From: a bacterium
GTDB lineage: Bacteria > Zixibacteria > MSB-5A5 > GN15 > FEB-12
Length of the DNA: 64,000 nt
Reading direction: 5' to 3'
Assembly: GCA_043811375.1 (NCBI GenBank)
Contig: JBDRNJ010000014.1
Coordinates: 67,050 to 131,049 of the forward strand
The notes beneath the pieces were generated by a model. The model did no database searches and was not told where the DNA came from. It saw only the letters and a program-made list of their open reading frames with translations. Positions 1-11,943 of the stretch are shown here, piece by piece (the first letter of the stretch is position 1; every line of letters begins with the position of its first letter). Made by a program: the position numbers and the translations under genes.

Positions 1-45
1 ACTCTGGAGAGGGAGCAGCTTAAGCAGGCCTCTTGTTCTTACGTC

Positions 46-103
46 GTCACGAATCCTTTCGTAACGGCTACATTGGGAGGCGGCTGGGAAAGGATTCCCG
101 ACC
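46..103. repeat. Inverted pair of REP-like hairpins
   Basis: gtcacgaatcctttcgtaac (46-65) and ggctgggaaaggattcccgacc (82-103) are oppositely oriented degenerate copies of ggtcaggaatcctttcctgacc at 15780-15801. Confidence 0.65.
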
Positions 104-460
104 ACATATAAAACCTTACGATATTGCGATTCGTCAATTCCGCGTAGCGGGTGCCGAGGGCACATTCATTGAGTCCGCCACCGGCGATGCCACTCTTATT
201 GGTGGGAGACAAGCCCCCACCTTACGCGACCCGAAATCGTCGCCTTTTGGGACAGCTTCCGGACATCTACCGCCCACAGGAAACACTCCATCCCGGAATA
301 TGATTCTACCGAAGCAGACAACTACCGCGCAGGGGGTGGCCTTGTGTCACCCCGATTGTCGTGGCGATACCACCGGGTGGCCGGTGGCCGTGGATTATGC
401 GTTCAAGTGTTTGATGCTAATAACGTTACGAGGTCTGCGGAAGGCACCGCAAGGGGACGG

Positions 461-2962
461 CTAATTACTCTGAGCTTGGTCCACCAGTTCGCGGTACTGA
501 TCAATCAGCCGTGTGGTTTCCTCGCCCGAACCGGACTCCGCAATAATGTTGAAGGCGGCCGTCAACCGGTCAGGCACCACCAGCACCCAGCCGTCGTTTT
601 CAAAAATGCGCACCCCGTCGATAAGCTGACGGCGCTTGTCCTCGGAGCCGGAGATCAGTTTGCGCATGACGGTGCCCTTCTTGGCCCAGGGGCAGGGAAC
701 CGATATCATGCGCCGCTGCAAGTGCTCAAACCGGGCACGGATAGTGGCCGGTGAGCTCTGAGTCTGGGCCATCATTTCCAGCATTCGGACGGCAGCCAAC
801 ATGGCATCGGCGCCCATCTGGAAACCGGGAAAGATAAACCCACCCCTGGTGCCGCCAACAAAATCTACATCACCTTCCCGTCGCACTTCCATCATGGCCA
901 GATGATCGTTGACCACGCGTTTGACACTCACACCGTGTTGTTGGGCAATTTCCTCCACACCCATGGAAGCTCCCACCGGCACCGCGATTTTCTTCACCGC
1001 GTGCGTTCTCAGATAAAGATCGGTCACCACCAGAAGCAATAGCTGGCTGTCAATCGGTTTGCCCAGTTCGTCGACGACCGTCAACTTCTCGGCAGCCGGA
1101 TTGAGCAGGAAACCGATGTCAGCCTTCAGCGACGTGACAATCGATGATAGTTGCTCGATAGCCAGCTTGGTTTCTTCCTGAGAACTGGACATTTTGCGCG
1201 GGTTGAGAGTGGCGTTCAGTTCAACGGCAGAAATGCCCAGACGGCTGAAAAGAGTGGGGAAAATCTGGCTGGAGGAGCCGTTGGAGTGATCGATAACGAC
1301 TTTGAAATCGGCCTTCTTGATTGCTTCCATGTCGATCTCGTCAAGGAAGTCGCTGCGGTAATTGTCCAGCACGCTGGCGGGCATGTCCAGACGTCCGATC
1401 TGATCGAGGGAAGCGCGGGCAAAATCCTCGCCGAAGTACATCCGCTCCACTTTTTTAAGTTGTGCCGTCGGCATGTCCAGACCGGAACCGTCAAAGAATA
1501 TCCAGTCAATCAGGCGGAAGTCCTCGGGGTTGTGGCGAACGTATATCCCCGCCGCGTAGCCACCCCTCTGGAGGGCGTAACGGACCACCGGTATGGGCAG
1601 ATTTCCCAGGTCCGATACGTTGACGCCGGCCGCCAGCAAACCGGAGGTCAGGCTGCGTTTCAGCAGGCGCGAGGTGTCGGAAGCATCACGGCTGAGAACC
1701 ACGGCGCTCCCCTGACCGAGGAACGCCCCAAAAGCGGCTCCGACCCGGACGGCCATTTCCGGAGTAAGCTCCGTCAGTGCCAGACCGCTTATCTTGGAAT
1801 TGGTGAACAGTTCCCGGTTCCACTTTTCGCCCCAGACTACCGAAGACGAGACGATGGCGCCGGCATCGACCGTCTTGCCGGGCCATATCTTGCAGTTGGC
1901 TTTGACAGTGGCGAAATTGCCGATGGCACAGTCATCGGATACGATAACAGCATCCAGAAGCTGCACGTTTTCCCCCAGGCTGGCCCGGTTGCCCACTACG
2001 CTGGCGTGCATCACCGTTCCGGCGCCAATGGTGCCGTCACTCCACACTACCGAGTTTTCCAGATCGCACTTGCCGCCGACACGCGTACGATCACCGATGA
2101 CACAGTTGTGCAATTTGACACCCGAGTCGAGGCACACGTTATCGCCCAAAACCACCCTGCCGGTCAACTCCACTTCCTCACCAATCCGGACGCCGGTACC
2201 ACGATAAACGATACCGCCGCTACTTTCAATCATATCCCGGCGCAATTGAAGGTTCAGAGTATCTTCAAAGAAATCGACATGGACGCGACGATACTCGTCA
2301 ACATTGCCGACATCCTTCCAGTATCCGTCCATGATTTTGCCATACAGCCGTCCCTGGCGGGACAACATCAACGGGAACAGGTTCTGAGAAAAATCAAAGT
2401 TGGTTCGTGGAGGGATCAGGTTTATGGTGCTGCCCTGCAGGATATAGATACCGGTATTGATGGTATCGGAGAAAGCTTCGCCCCAGGAAGGTTTTTCCAG
2501 AAAGCGCTTTATGCAACCGTCCTGATCGGTAATGACAATACCATAAGCCAGCGGGTTTTCCACCCGGGTCAATAGAATCGTTGCTTCCGATTGCTTCTCC
2601 TGGTGCCACCGGACAGCCTGGCTGAGATCGAAATCGGTAATGAGATCACCGGAGATGACCAGTACCGGCTCGTCTGTGCCGTCAACCGCATACCGGACCG
2701 CTCCGGCAGTGCCAAAATCCTCCTGTGGCTGCATATAGTCAATGGCGACACCAAAAGCGCTGCCGTCCTTAAAGTAATCCTTTATAATCTCAGGCTGAAA
2801 GTAAAGTACCGCAGTGATATCTGTAATACCATGCTTTGCTAGTAAACAGACTACGTGCTCCATAATGGGAACGTTGGCGACCGGCACCATCGGTTTGGGC
2901 AGGTTGATCGTGAGGGGCCGCAGGCGAGTACCGAAGCCTCCGGCCATTATGATTGCCTTCAT
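461..2962 (-). CDS. Sugar-phosphate nucleotidyltransferase (mannose-1-phosphate guanylyltransferase-like) with left-handed beta-helix and degenerate phosphohexomutase domain
   Basis: N-terminal AGGFGTRLRPLT...PKPM motif, hexapeptide repeats in the middle, C-terminal PGM/PMM-like region ending DGVRIFENDGWVLV. Confidence 0.85.
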   Translation of the reverse strand: MKAIIMAGGFGTRLRPLTINLPKPMVPVANVPIMEHVVCLLAKHGITDITAVLYFQPEIIKDYFKDGSAFGVAIDYMQPQEDFGTAGAVRYAVDGTDEPVLVISGDLITDFDLSQAVRWHQEKQSEATILLTRVENPLAYGIVITDQDGCIKRFLEKPSWGEAFSDTINTGIYILQGSTINLIPPRTNFDFSQNLFPLMLSRQGRLYGKIMDGYWKDVGNVDEYRRVHVDFFEDTLNLQLRRDMIESSGGIVYRGTGVRIGEEVELTGRVVLGDNVCLDSGVKLHNCVIGDRTRVGGKCDLENSVVWSDGTIGAGTVMHASVVGNRASLGENVQLLDAVIVSDDCAIGNFATVKANCKIWPGKTVDAGAIVSSSVVWGEKWNRELFTNSKISGLALTELTPEMAVRVGAAFGAFLGQGSAVVLSRDASDTSRLLKRSLTSGLLAAGVNVSDLGNLPIPVVRYALQRGGYAAGIYVRHNPEDFRLIDWIFFDGSGLDMPTAQLKKVERMYFGEDFARASLDQIGRLDMPASVLDNYRSDFLDEIDMEAIKKADFKVVIDHSNGSSSQIFPTLFSRLGISAVELNATLNPRKMSSSQEETKLAIEQLSSIVTSLKADIGFLLNPAAEKLTVVDELGKPIDSQLLLLVVTDLYLRTHAVKKIAVPVGASMGVEEIAQQHGVSVKRVVNDHLAMMEVRREGDVDFVGGTRGGFIFPGFQMGADAMLAAVRMLEMMAQTQSSPATIRARFEHLQRRMISVPCPWAKKGTVMRKLISGSEDKRRQLIDGVRIFENDGWVLVVPDRLTAAFNIIAESGSGEETTRLIDQYRELVDQAQSN

Positions 2963-3660
2963 TCTCGCACTCCGTCAAGCGTATTCGTCGATTCGCTCTT
3001 CATGAACCCCAATCCTACCAGTTTCCGAGCAACATCATAAAAATCGTCATACTGATGAAAAGCAATATTGCTGATGCGACAGTATTCTTCAAGGTCTTTT
3101 TTGGCAAATACAATATCGGCCTCGGTAACGGCACAGACATCGGAGTAGCCATCACCCACAAACGCCACAACCTTGTCTGGTGACAGGTTTCGGCGGTACT
3201 CGTCTATTCGCTCCCCTTTGCAACTGCCACACCGCCGACAATGCCGGTTGTCATGGGGAAACTCGATTACCAGGCCGCCGTCTGTCAGCCTGCCCCGGTT
3301 GGCCGTCACTGAAAGCTGCTGTAATCCGAACCGTTTGAGGAGATGGTTGATGTAGAAATCGAGACCATCGGAAATTACCTGCAGATCGATATCCTGTGCC
3401 CGACATAGCGTCACGAACTCGTCAAAGCCCCGGTTGAGTTCAAACTGTTTAAGAAAGGCATACACCTCTTCCTCCGATGCCCGCACCATAGCGGCTTCCT
3501 GCCTCAGGCAATCCCGGGTCGACAGCCGACCGGCTTTCCAGTCGGGAAGGAGCGCATCGTTCTTACCGCCGGAGAAATGGTGGAACAGATTGTAACCAAC
3601 ATCACGTCGGCTGATAGTGCCGTCAAAATCGCAGAATACAGCGGCCAGTGTCATAGTCAA
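2959..3660 (-). CDS. HAD-IB phosphatase, MtnX-like
   Basis: FCDFDGTI motif I, ISDG motif II, GSCK, VGDGYSD motif IV; 4-nt overlap with the downstream gene. Confidence 0.8.
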   Translation of the reverse strand: MTMTLAAVFCDFDGTISRRDVGYNLFHHFSGGKNDALLPDWKAGRLSTRDCLRQEAAMVRASEEEVYAFLKQFELNRGFDEFVTLCRAQDIDLQVISDGLDFYINHLLKRFGLQQLSVTANRGRLTDGGLVIEFPHDNRHCRRCGSCKGERIDEYRRNLSPDKVVAFVGDGYSDVCAVTEADIVFAKKDLEEYCRISNIAFHQYDDFYDVARKLVGLGFMKSESTNTLDGVRE

Positions 3661-3697
3661 ACGGTGTCCCTGGTTATATCGGTGTGCCGGCGCGGCA

Positions 3698-5278
3698 TCA
3701 GTGTTCCTCCGTCAACAGCCGGGCGACAAACTTCAGGACCGGACGCTGAGTCACCACTGCTTCCCGGTAGGCGGCATAGGTACCGGATTTTCTCTCCCAG
3801 GCCAGTCGCTTCAATTGTCTCTTGATAAACGCGGCATGGTCGTCGAACCCGCCGCTGCTCTCCCGGTCGGCTCGCACCAGCAACCTCTCGGTGATCCGTC
3901 GGAGATGCGGCGAAGATGGTTCGATAGCGACAATATCCGCGAACAGTTCCGCTGCTGCCTCGACCCGGGATCGGAAGTGGAAATCATGACTCTCTGCATA
4001 AGCCACAAATCTGCTCAGCCACTCATCTCCCAGCACGCCCTCCCCGGCGGCAGCAATGATCTCATCCTGATGCTCGTGGGCAAACTGTTGCATCAACAGG
4101 GAGCTTCGCAGCGCCAGAACAAACGGATGAATCTCATCGAAAGTATAATAGTGGTCGGGAACCAGACCATGACCGGTGTCATTGAGAGTGGAATCGAAAT
4201 CGTTGAGGAAAATGCCACCCTCGAAGTAGTAACGGGCAATAGTCAGTCTGAGTCCGTCGCCCTCGGGAAAACTGGTGAACCCTTGTACCAGTCCCTTACC
4301 GAAGGTGGTGTCTCCAACCAGAACGGCTCGACCGACCTGCTGGAGAGCGCCGGCCACAATCTCAGCCGATGAAGCTGAGCCGTCATCGACAATAATCGCC
4401 AGCGGCAGACCACCGGTGACGTCTTCGCCGGTAGCATAAAACCGTCGTCGATGCCAGCGGGAACGGGCGTCGGTGCCGACGATGAAGATGCCTTTTTCAA
4501 GAAAGAGATCAGCGGTGCGGTAAGCCTCATCGAAAAGCCCGCCCGGGTTTCCGCGCAAATCCAGAATGATACCCCGCGCTCGTGGGACGGAGTCTTCAAC
4601 CCCCACCAGGGAGTCCAGCGCCGAGCGGAGATCATCAGTCGTTCCGGCCTCAAAATCCAGCAGACGGATGTAGACCAGGCTGTCGGGCGTGTACCCGGCA
4701 AAAGGGATATGCAACAGAGAAATACTCTCGCGGGTGATATCCATCTCGACGGTATCGCCGCTGACCGGGCGATGAAGTCGTACCAGCACTGAAGTGCCGG
4801 CCTCGCCGCGCAACAAACTGCTGGCGTCGTCGGCATCCAGATCATTAAAAGAGACCGAATCGGCGGCTATTATAACATCACCACTGAGCAGGCCCGCCTT
4901 GCCGGCCGGTCCATCCTCGCGCACCGACACCACCCGCAGCCCTCTGTTCTGATAGATCACTATAACACCAATGCCGCTGTAGTGTCCCGACAGTTCTTCA
5001 CGAATCTGCTCCAGGTGAGCCTGGTCGATGTATGCGGAATACCGATCGAGACGGGAGAAAATCTCCCGCCGGGCGGCCTCGAGGAGCTCCGGACCCGATA
5101 TCCGGTCATAGTGATGTCGCTTGATTGTGAGCGCGGCCATTGTCAGAGCCCGGGCCTGAGCCAGGCCGGGATCGGACAACACGTAGACACCAATGCCGCC
5201 CGCTGTAAGAGCGATCAGGACCAGCAGAAAAACAGCCGACAGAAAGAACCGGCGGTCAAGAGGTACGACCGGATCCAT
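3698..5278 (-). CDS. S41 family C-terminal processing peptidase (CtpA-like, PDZ)
   Basis: N-terminal TM segment, YSGIGV PDZ start, LDLRGNPGG, SASSAEIVAG (catalytic Ser), TFGKG (catalytic Lys). Confidence 0.92.
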   Translation of the reverse strand: MDPVVPLDRRFFLSAVFLLVLIALTAGGIGVYVLSDPGLAQARALTMAALTIKRHHYDRISGPELLEAARREIFSRLDRYSAYIDQAHLEQIREELSGHYSGIGVIVIYQNRGLRVVSVREDGPAGKAGLLSGDVIIAADSVSFNDLDADDASSLLRGEAGTSVLVRLHRPVSGDTVEMDITRESISLLHIPFAGYTPDSLVYIRLLDFEAGTTDDLRSALDSLVGVEDSVPRARGIILDLRGNPGGLFDEAYRTADLFLEKGIFIVGTDARSRWHRRRFYATGEDVTGGLPLAIIVDDGSASSAEIVAGALQQVGRAVLVGDTTFGKGLVQGFTSFPEGDGLRLTIARYYFEGGIFLNDFDSTLNDTGHGLVPDHYYTFDEIHPFVLALRSSLLMQQFAHEHQDEIIAAAGEGVLGDEWLSRFVAYAESHDFHFRSRVEAAAELFADIVAIEPSSPHLRRITERLLVRADRESSGGFDDHAAFIKRQLKRLAWERKSGTYAAYREAVVTQRPVLKFVARLLTEEH

Positions 5279-5915
5279 AGGCTCTCAATCTTCTGGTCAG
5301 GTGTTTTTTTACATCGTCAAAAACAACTTCAGGTGACTGACCGGCATCGATAAGTTTGACACGTCTTCGTTCCCGTCGGGCAATCTCCAGAAAACCTTGT
5401 CGGACACGCCGAAAAAAGGCACGTGACTGCAGTTCCAGCCGATCCGGTTGCCCGGTGCGCCGCGCCGCCGCCGTCGGCAGATCGACATCAAACAGCAGGG
5501 TTATGTCCGGCACGATATCCCCGACGGCCACCCGGTGCAACGAACGGACCATCCTGATGTCCAGTTTTCGTCCGTAGCCCTGGTAGGCCGTGGTGCTGTC
5601 GTAAAATCGATCACACAAAACGATGTCTCCGCGCATCAGCGCCGGCCGCAGTTCACGGGCCACAACCTCCGCCCGAGCGGCTTCATACAACAGCAACTCC
5701 GTCACAGGTACCATCGCCAGCCGTCCGTCAAGGAGAATCTTTCTGATTCTTTCCGCTACGGCCGTCGAACCCGGTTCACGGAACAATCTCGTGCGTCGGT
5801 ACCCATTGGCCAGCAGATAACGATAGGTCAGCAGAGCCTGGGTGCTCTTGCCACAACCGTCGATACCCTCGAAAGTAATGAAGAGTCCTTTGGGTTTTTC
5901 CCGGTTCATCGGCAT
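5256..5915 (-). CDS. tmk: Thymidylate kinase
   Basis: FITFEGIDGCGKST P-loop, REPG, DRFYDSTTAYQG. Confidence 0.96.
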   Translation of the reverse strand: MPMNREKPKGLFITFEGIDGCGKSTQALLTYRYLLANGYRRTRLFREPGSTAVAERIRKILLDGRLAMVPVTELLLYEAARAEVVARELRPALMRGDIVLCDRFYDSTTAYQGYGRKLDIRMVRSLHRVAVGDIVPDITLLFDVDLPTAAARRTGQPDRLELQSRAFFRRVRQGFLEIARRERRRVKLIDAGQSPEVVFDDVKKHLTRRLRAYGSGRTS

Positions 5916-5945
5916 CTCAGTTTCGGGTCAGCCTGCCGTCAATAT

Positions 5946-5973
5946 AAAACCGGCGACAGGACCTGTCGCCGGT
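5946..5973 (-). terminator. Probable intrinsic terminator after ino1
   Basis: Perfect 12-bp inverted repeat accggcgacagg-a-cctgtcgccggt (5949-5973) followed by a short T run on the minus strand. Confidence 0.6.
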
Positions 5974-6003
5974 CAAGTTAGAGCATGCTGAAAGCGTAAG
6001 AAA

Positions 6004-7227
6004 CTATTTTTTCTTACGCACCACTCTTTTGCGGCCGGTCGGCCGAGCTGCTTTGGCAGTCGTTGACCGTTTGACGGCCGGTTTTCCCGCCGCCGGTTTC
6101 CGGGCCGCCACTTTGGTCGGCCGTTTGCGCCGGCCGGTACTCTGTTTCCAGCCATAGCGGGAAATGAATTCCTCGGTCAGACGGCGGGCTTCATCATCGG
6201 TATATTGAACCGGGGGTGATTTCTTGAAGTAGGATGACGGGCCTACAAGAGCTCCCGACAGACGGTTATCCAGAGCCAGCTTGCAGCACCGGATGGCGTC
6301 AATCACCACCCCGGCGGAGTTGGGGCTGTCCCAGACTTCCAGCTTCATTTCCACGTTCAATGGTACGTTACCGAAGGTGGTGCCTTCCATCCTGATATGC
6401 GCCCACTTCCGATCAGTCAGCCAGGCGACATAATCGGATGGTCCGATGTGGATATTCTCCGGCTCCAGTTCATAGTTGAGCTGGCTGGTGACGGCGCAAG
6501 TCTTGGAGATTTCTTTCGACTCCAGCCGTGACCTCTCCAGCATATTCAGAAAGTCGGTGTTGCCGCCTACATTTAGCTGGCTGGTCCGCTCCAGGCGAAC
6601 ACCGCGCTCCAGGAATAAGCGGGTGAGAACGCGATGCGTAATGGTTGCGCCCACCTGTGATTTGATATCATCGCCAATGACCGGGAGTCCCTTTTCCTCG
6701 AACCGCTTCTGCCAGTACTTCTCCCGGGCGATAAATACCGGTATACAGTTGACAAACCCACAGCCGGCTTCCAGTATCTGCTCCACGTACCACTTGGTTG
6801 CTTCCTCGGAGCCAACCGGCAGATAGTTGATGACGACATCGGTCCTGGTCTCTTTAAGCAGCTTAACGATATCAACCGTGTCACCCGGTGCTTTCTCAAT
6901 AATCTGAGACAGATAGTAACCCAGCCCGTCGTGGGTCATGCCGCGCTGCACCGTCACACCGGTCCGGGGCACCTTGGCAAAAACATAAGTATTGTTCGGT
7001 TTGGTGTAGATGGCCTCCGAGAGGTCCTTGCCCACCTTGTTTTTGTCGATATCGATAGCGGCCGAGAACTCAATGTCACGAATATGATAGCCGCCTAAAT
7101 TGACGTGCATCAGACCGGGGACGATGTCTTCGTCCTTAGCCTTCTTGTAAAACTCGACACCCTGCACCAGCGATGAGGCGCAGTTGCCGACCCCAATAAT
7201 GGCCACTCTTAGTTTACCCATACCCAA
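6004..7227 (-). CDS. ino1: Myo-inositol-1-phosphate synthase (short prokaryotic type) with basic C-terminal tail; start may be ATG at 7221
   Basis: [50 protein letters not shown] motifs. Confidence 0.95.
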   Translation of the reverse strand: MGMGKLRVAIIGVGNCASSLVQGVEFYKKAKDEDIVPGLMHVNLGGYHIRDIEFSAAIDIDKNKVGKDLSEAIYTKPNNTYVFAKVPRTGVTVQRGMTHDGLGYYLSQIIEKAPGDTVDIVKLLKETRTDVVINYLPVGSEEATKWYVEQILEAGCGFVNCIPVFIAREKYWQKRFEEKGLPVIGDDIKSQVGATITHRVLTRLFLERGVRLERTSQLNVGGNTDFLNMLERSRLESKEISKTCAVTSQLNYELEPENIHIGPSDYVAWLTDRKWAHIRMEGTTFGNVPLNVEMKLEVWDSPNSAGVVIDAIRCCKLALDNRLSGALVGPSSYFKKSPPVQYTDDEARRLTEEFISRYGWKQSTGRRKRPTKVAARKPAAGKPAVKRSTTAKAARPTGRKRVVRKKK

Positions 7228-7268
7228 TTCCTCTCCAGTAACAGTGATTTGCTCTATCTCTGGTCCGG

Positions 7269-7297
7269 AGTATAGGCAGACCTCAGGAACCTGTCAA
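7269..7297 (-). promoter_or_regulatory. Sigma70-type promoter for ino1
   Basis: TTGACA (7297-7292), 17-bp spacer, TATACT (7274-7269) on the minus strand; the -35 is half of the palindrome tgtcaaat-tgt-atttgaca (7292-7310). Confidence 0.75.
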
Positions 7298-7345
7298 ATT
7301 GTATTTGACACCAGGTCGATATTATAGAATATTAGTATATATAAG

Positions 7346-7361
7346 ATGACCAATTGGTCAT
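7346..7361. promoter_or_regulatory. Candidate TetR-family operator
   Basis: Perfect 16-bp palindrome atgaccaattggtcat in the AT-rich region between divergent ino1 and TetR genes. Confidence 0.6.
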
Positions 7362-7404
7362 AATAAACCCGAGGCCCATAGATTGAGTTGCCGAGACAGC
7401 TTCA

Positions 7405-7535
7405 GGGCCTGTTGAAAAAGCTCTATTCTCGTCATTGCGAGCGACAGCGTGGCAATCTCGGATATTGAATGTCAACGAGATAGCCACGTCGCTTCGCTCC
7501 TCGCTATGACGTTTGTTATGTTTATCAACAGGCCA
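7405..7535. mobile_element. 131-bp MITE-like element (type A) carrying a GTCAT...ATGAC REP-type palindrome
   Basis: Ends gggcctgttgaaaaa / tttatcaacaggcca, flanked by ttca (7401-7404 and 7536-7539); partial copies at 43239-43313 and 46140-46175. Confidence 0.75.
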
Positions 7536-7569
7536 TTCAGCGTGTGCACAAAACACACCCGGGGAGAAA

Positions 7570-8220
7570 ATGCTGCTGGATGAAAACCTCGTTCAGGACC
7601 TGGTATTGTCGGGCACGGTCTGTGACACTTTCCGCCGCCTGTCGGCGGAGAAGAAAAGCCGCCTCTACCAGACGGCGGCCATACTGTTCGGCGAGTACGG
7701 TTATGACGGCCTGGCTGTGGATCGCTTCTGCCGAGAAGCGGGCATATCCAAGGGGTCGTTCTTTAAGTACTTCCCCGCCAAGAGCCACCTGCTGGAATTT
7801 GCCGTCCTGATCCTGGACAATCGGCTGGCCCGACGGCTGGCCGATATCAAGGTTTCCCAGCCACCCGCGGTGGCTCGCACCCGGCTGATTTATCTGCTTG
7901 AGGTTCTGACCGACGGATCACAATGGCCCCGCTGGGAAAGGAACTTCTACTGTTACCTGACAGGTGCAGCCGGCCACTCGTCAGTAATCATCGAGGGGGT
8001 CAATCTCGAGCGACACCTGCTTGAATTCATAGCGGACATCATTGAACGGGGAATTCAGACTCGCGAGATCAGTCGTGACCTTAAACCGGCCGCAATCTCT
8101 CGTCTGGTGGCCATCGTAGTCAGCGCCGTACTGTCCGACCGACTCGGTGAGCATCGGGAAGAACCCGTTGCTGCTGCCGAACACCTGATTTCGATCCTGT
8201 TTGATGGTCTGGCTGCGTAG
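7570..8220 (+). CDS. TetR/AcrR family transcriptional regulator
   Basis: LFGEYGYDG...REAGISKGSFFKYFPAK HTH; ATG at 7570 follows ggggag RBS (the ORF-track start 7513 lies inside the MITE). Confidence 0.88.
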   Translation: MLLDENLVQDLVLSGTVCDTFRRLSAEKKSRLYQTAAILFGEYGYDGLAVDRFCREAGISKGSFFKYFPAKSHLLEFAVLILDNRLARRLADIKVSQPPAVARTRLIYLLEVLTDGSQWPRWERNFYCYLTGAAGHSSVIIEGVNLERHLLEFIADIIERGIQTREISRDLKPAAISRLVAIVVSAVLSDRLGEHREEPVAAAEHLISILFDGLAA

Positions 8221-8300
8221 TCCGAGAGACAGTAAGCAATATAGCTTGTTTAACAAGTTTTGATTGATTAACATATTGCTGCCATGGTAGAGGGTAGCAC

Positions 8301-9272
8301 ATGAAAGTAATCATTCCAGTAGCCGGGGTGGGGAAGCGTCTGCAACCTCACACCTTTACGAAGCCAAAAGCGCTACTGACGGTCGGAGGCAGACCGGTGC
8401 TGGCGCATGTTCTTGACACTCTATTGAAGTTGGAGCCAGAGGAGGTGATTTTCGTTATCGGCTCCAAAGGCGAGCTTGTCCGTGACTTTATTCGGCATAA
8501 TTACTCGTTTAAGTCTCGATTTGTAAACCAGGAAAGACTGCTGGGTCTGGGGTACGCTATGCACCTGGCGCTGGAGAAGATCGAAAAGGGGCCGGTGCTG
8601 GCCATTCTGGGCGACACCATAGTTGAATGCGACATGGAAAAGTTTGTTCAGGCCGGCGACAACGTCCTGGGGCTGTGTCAGGTTGCCGATCCCCGGCGCT
8701 TCGGGGTGGCTCATATCAATGATGGTCATATTGACAACCTGGTGGAAAAACCACAACAACCCCGGTCAGACCTGGCCTTGATCGGACTGTATTACTTCCG
8801 TGAAGTTGAGGGTATCAAGAAACAACTGTCGGCGCTGGTCAACTCGGGACAGCAAACAGCCGGTGAAATCCAGTTGACCGACGCTCTTCAGAAACTGATA
8901 GCAAACGGCGAGAAGTGTGTCCCCTACGAGGTACACCATTGGCATGACTGCGGCAATAAGCAAACGCTTCTGGAAACGAACCGGTACATTCTCTCTAAAA
9001 TGCCCCCACCGTCGGAAATCAAGGGATCACTGCTGGTACCGCCGGTGTTTATCGCTCCTGGTGCCGAAATCGTCAATTCCATCCTGGGACCAAACGTATC
9101 TGTGGCCGAAGGAGCAGTAATCGTAAATTCTATACTGAGCAACACCATAGTCGGCTCGAAGGCACGGATCTCCAATACCGTACTGTCGAACTCACTGGTT
9201 GGTCAAAACGCTGTCGTGACCGGCCGGGAACAAACGATCAACATAGGTGACTCTTCCGAGATCGAGACCTGA
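8301..9272 (+). CDS. Sugar-phosphate nucleotidyltransferase (glucose-1-phosphate thymidylyltransferase long form-like)
   Basis: IPVAGVGKRLQPHT..PK, VEKP, GEIQLTDAL, WHDCG, C-terminal hexapeptide repeats. Confidence 0.88.
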   Translation: MKVIIPVAGVGKRLQPHTFTKPKALLTVGGRPVLAHVLDTLLKLEPEEVIFVIGSKGELVRDFIRHNYSFKSRFVNQERLLGLGYAMHLALEKIEKGPVLAILGDTIVECDMEKFVQAGDNVLGLCQVADPRRFGVAHINDGHIDNLVEKPQQPRSDLALIGLYYFREVEGIKKQLSALVNSGQQTAGEIQLTDALQKLIANGEKCVPYEVHHWHDCGNKQTLLETNRYILSKMPPPSEIKGSLLVPPVFIAPGAEIVNSILGPNVSVAEGAVIVNSILSNTIVGSKARISNTVLSNSLVGQNAVVTGREQTINIGDSSEIET

Positions 9273-9339
9273 CACAGGGGGTATTGCGCCGGTGTCCGCC
9301 AATGTGTGACAGGCAATCAAAACACAAGGAGATGTGAAT

Positions 9340-11764
<2,425 letters not shown>

Positions 11765-11943
11765 GGAGGCAGGACCTGATAGGTCGGTTGTGAGTATTGA
11801 GCCGGTCTCTGATTTTCGTCCAGTAATCCGGGATTGCTATCCCGATCTGCTTTTGGGACCCCCCACTTTTCTCTTGTAACTCTTTGGCTGGTTTTATATT
11901 ATTGGCCGATTAAGATGAACGGCGCCTCGCCCGGATTGCAGAA

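Noticed and set aside
1..110. Possible riboswitch or kissing-loop RNA (ctctggagag start; two hairpins with complementary loops)
   Set aside because: The two hairpins are inverted copies of the repeat at 15780-15801, which explains the complementarity; the remaining glycine-riboswitch motifs are absent. The window edge limits certainty.
33..464. 143-aa ORF on the plus strand
   Set aside because: It runs through a cluster of palindromic repeats, has no RBS and no recognisable motif
1151..2575. Long antisense ORFs (also 12396-13367, 33670-34605, 49321-50226, 53344-54357, 58555-59715)
   Set aside because: They shadow well-supported genes on the other strand, have no motifs, and are expected in GC-rich coding DNA
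7513..7569. Extended N-termini from the ORF track (TetR 7513, second HtrA 17322, guaA 60119)
   Set aside because: Downstream ATGs at 7570, 17382 and 60200 have clear RBS sequences; the extensions lie in a MITE or in upstream genes
8234..8280. Inverted repeats agcaatat...atattgct and cttgtt-t-aacaag upstream of the nucleotidyltransferase gene
   Set aside because: Could be an operator, but short AT-rich symmetry with no second copy in the window is too weak to call
9273..9339. SAM or SAH riboswitch upstream of metK-ahcY
   Set aside because: The gap is under 70 nt and lacks recognisable SAM-I, SAM-II or SAH consensus elements
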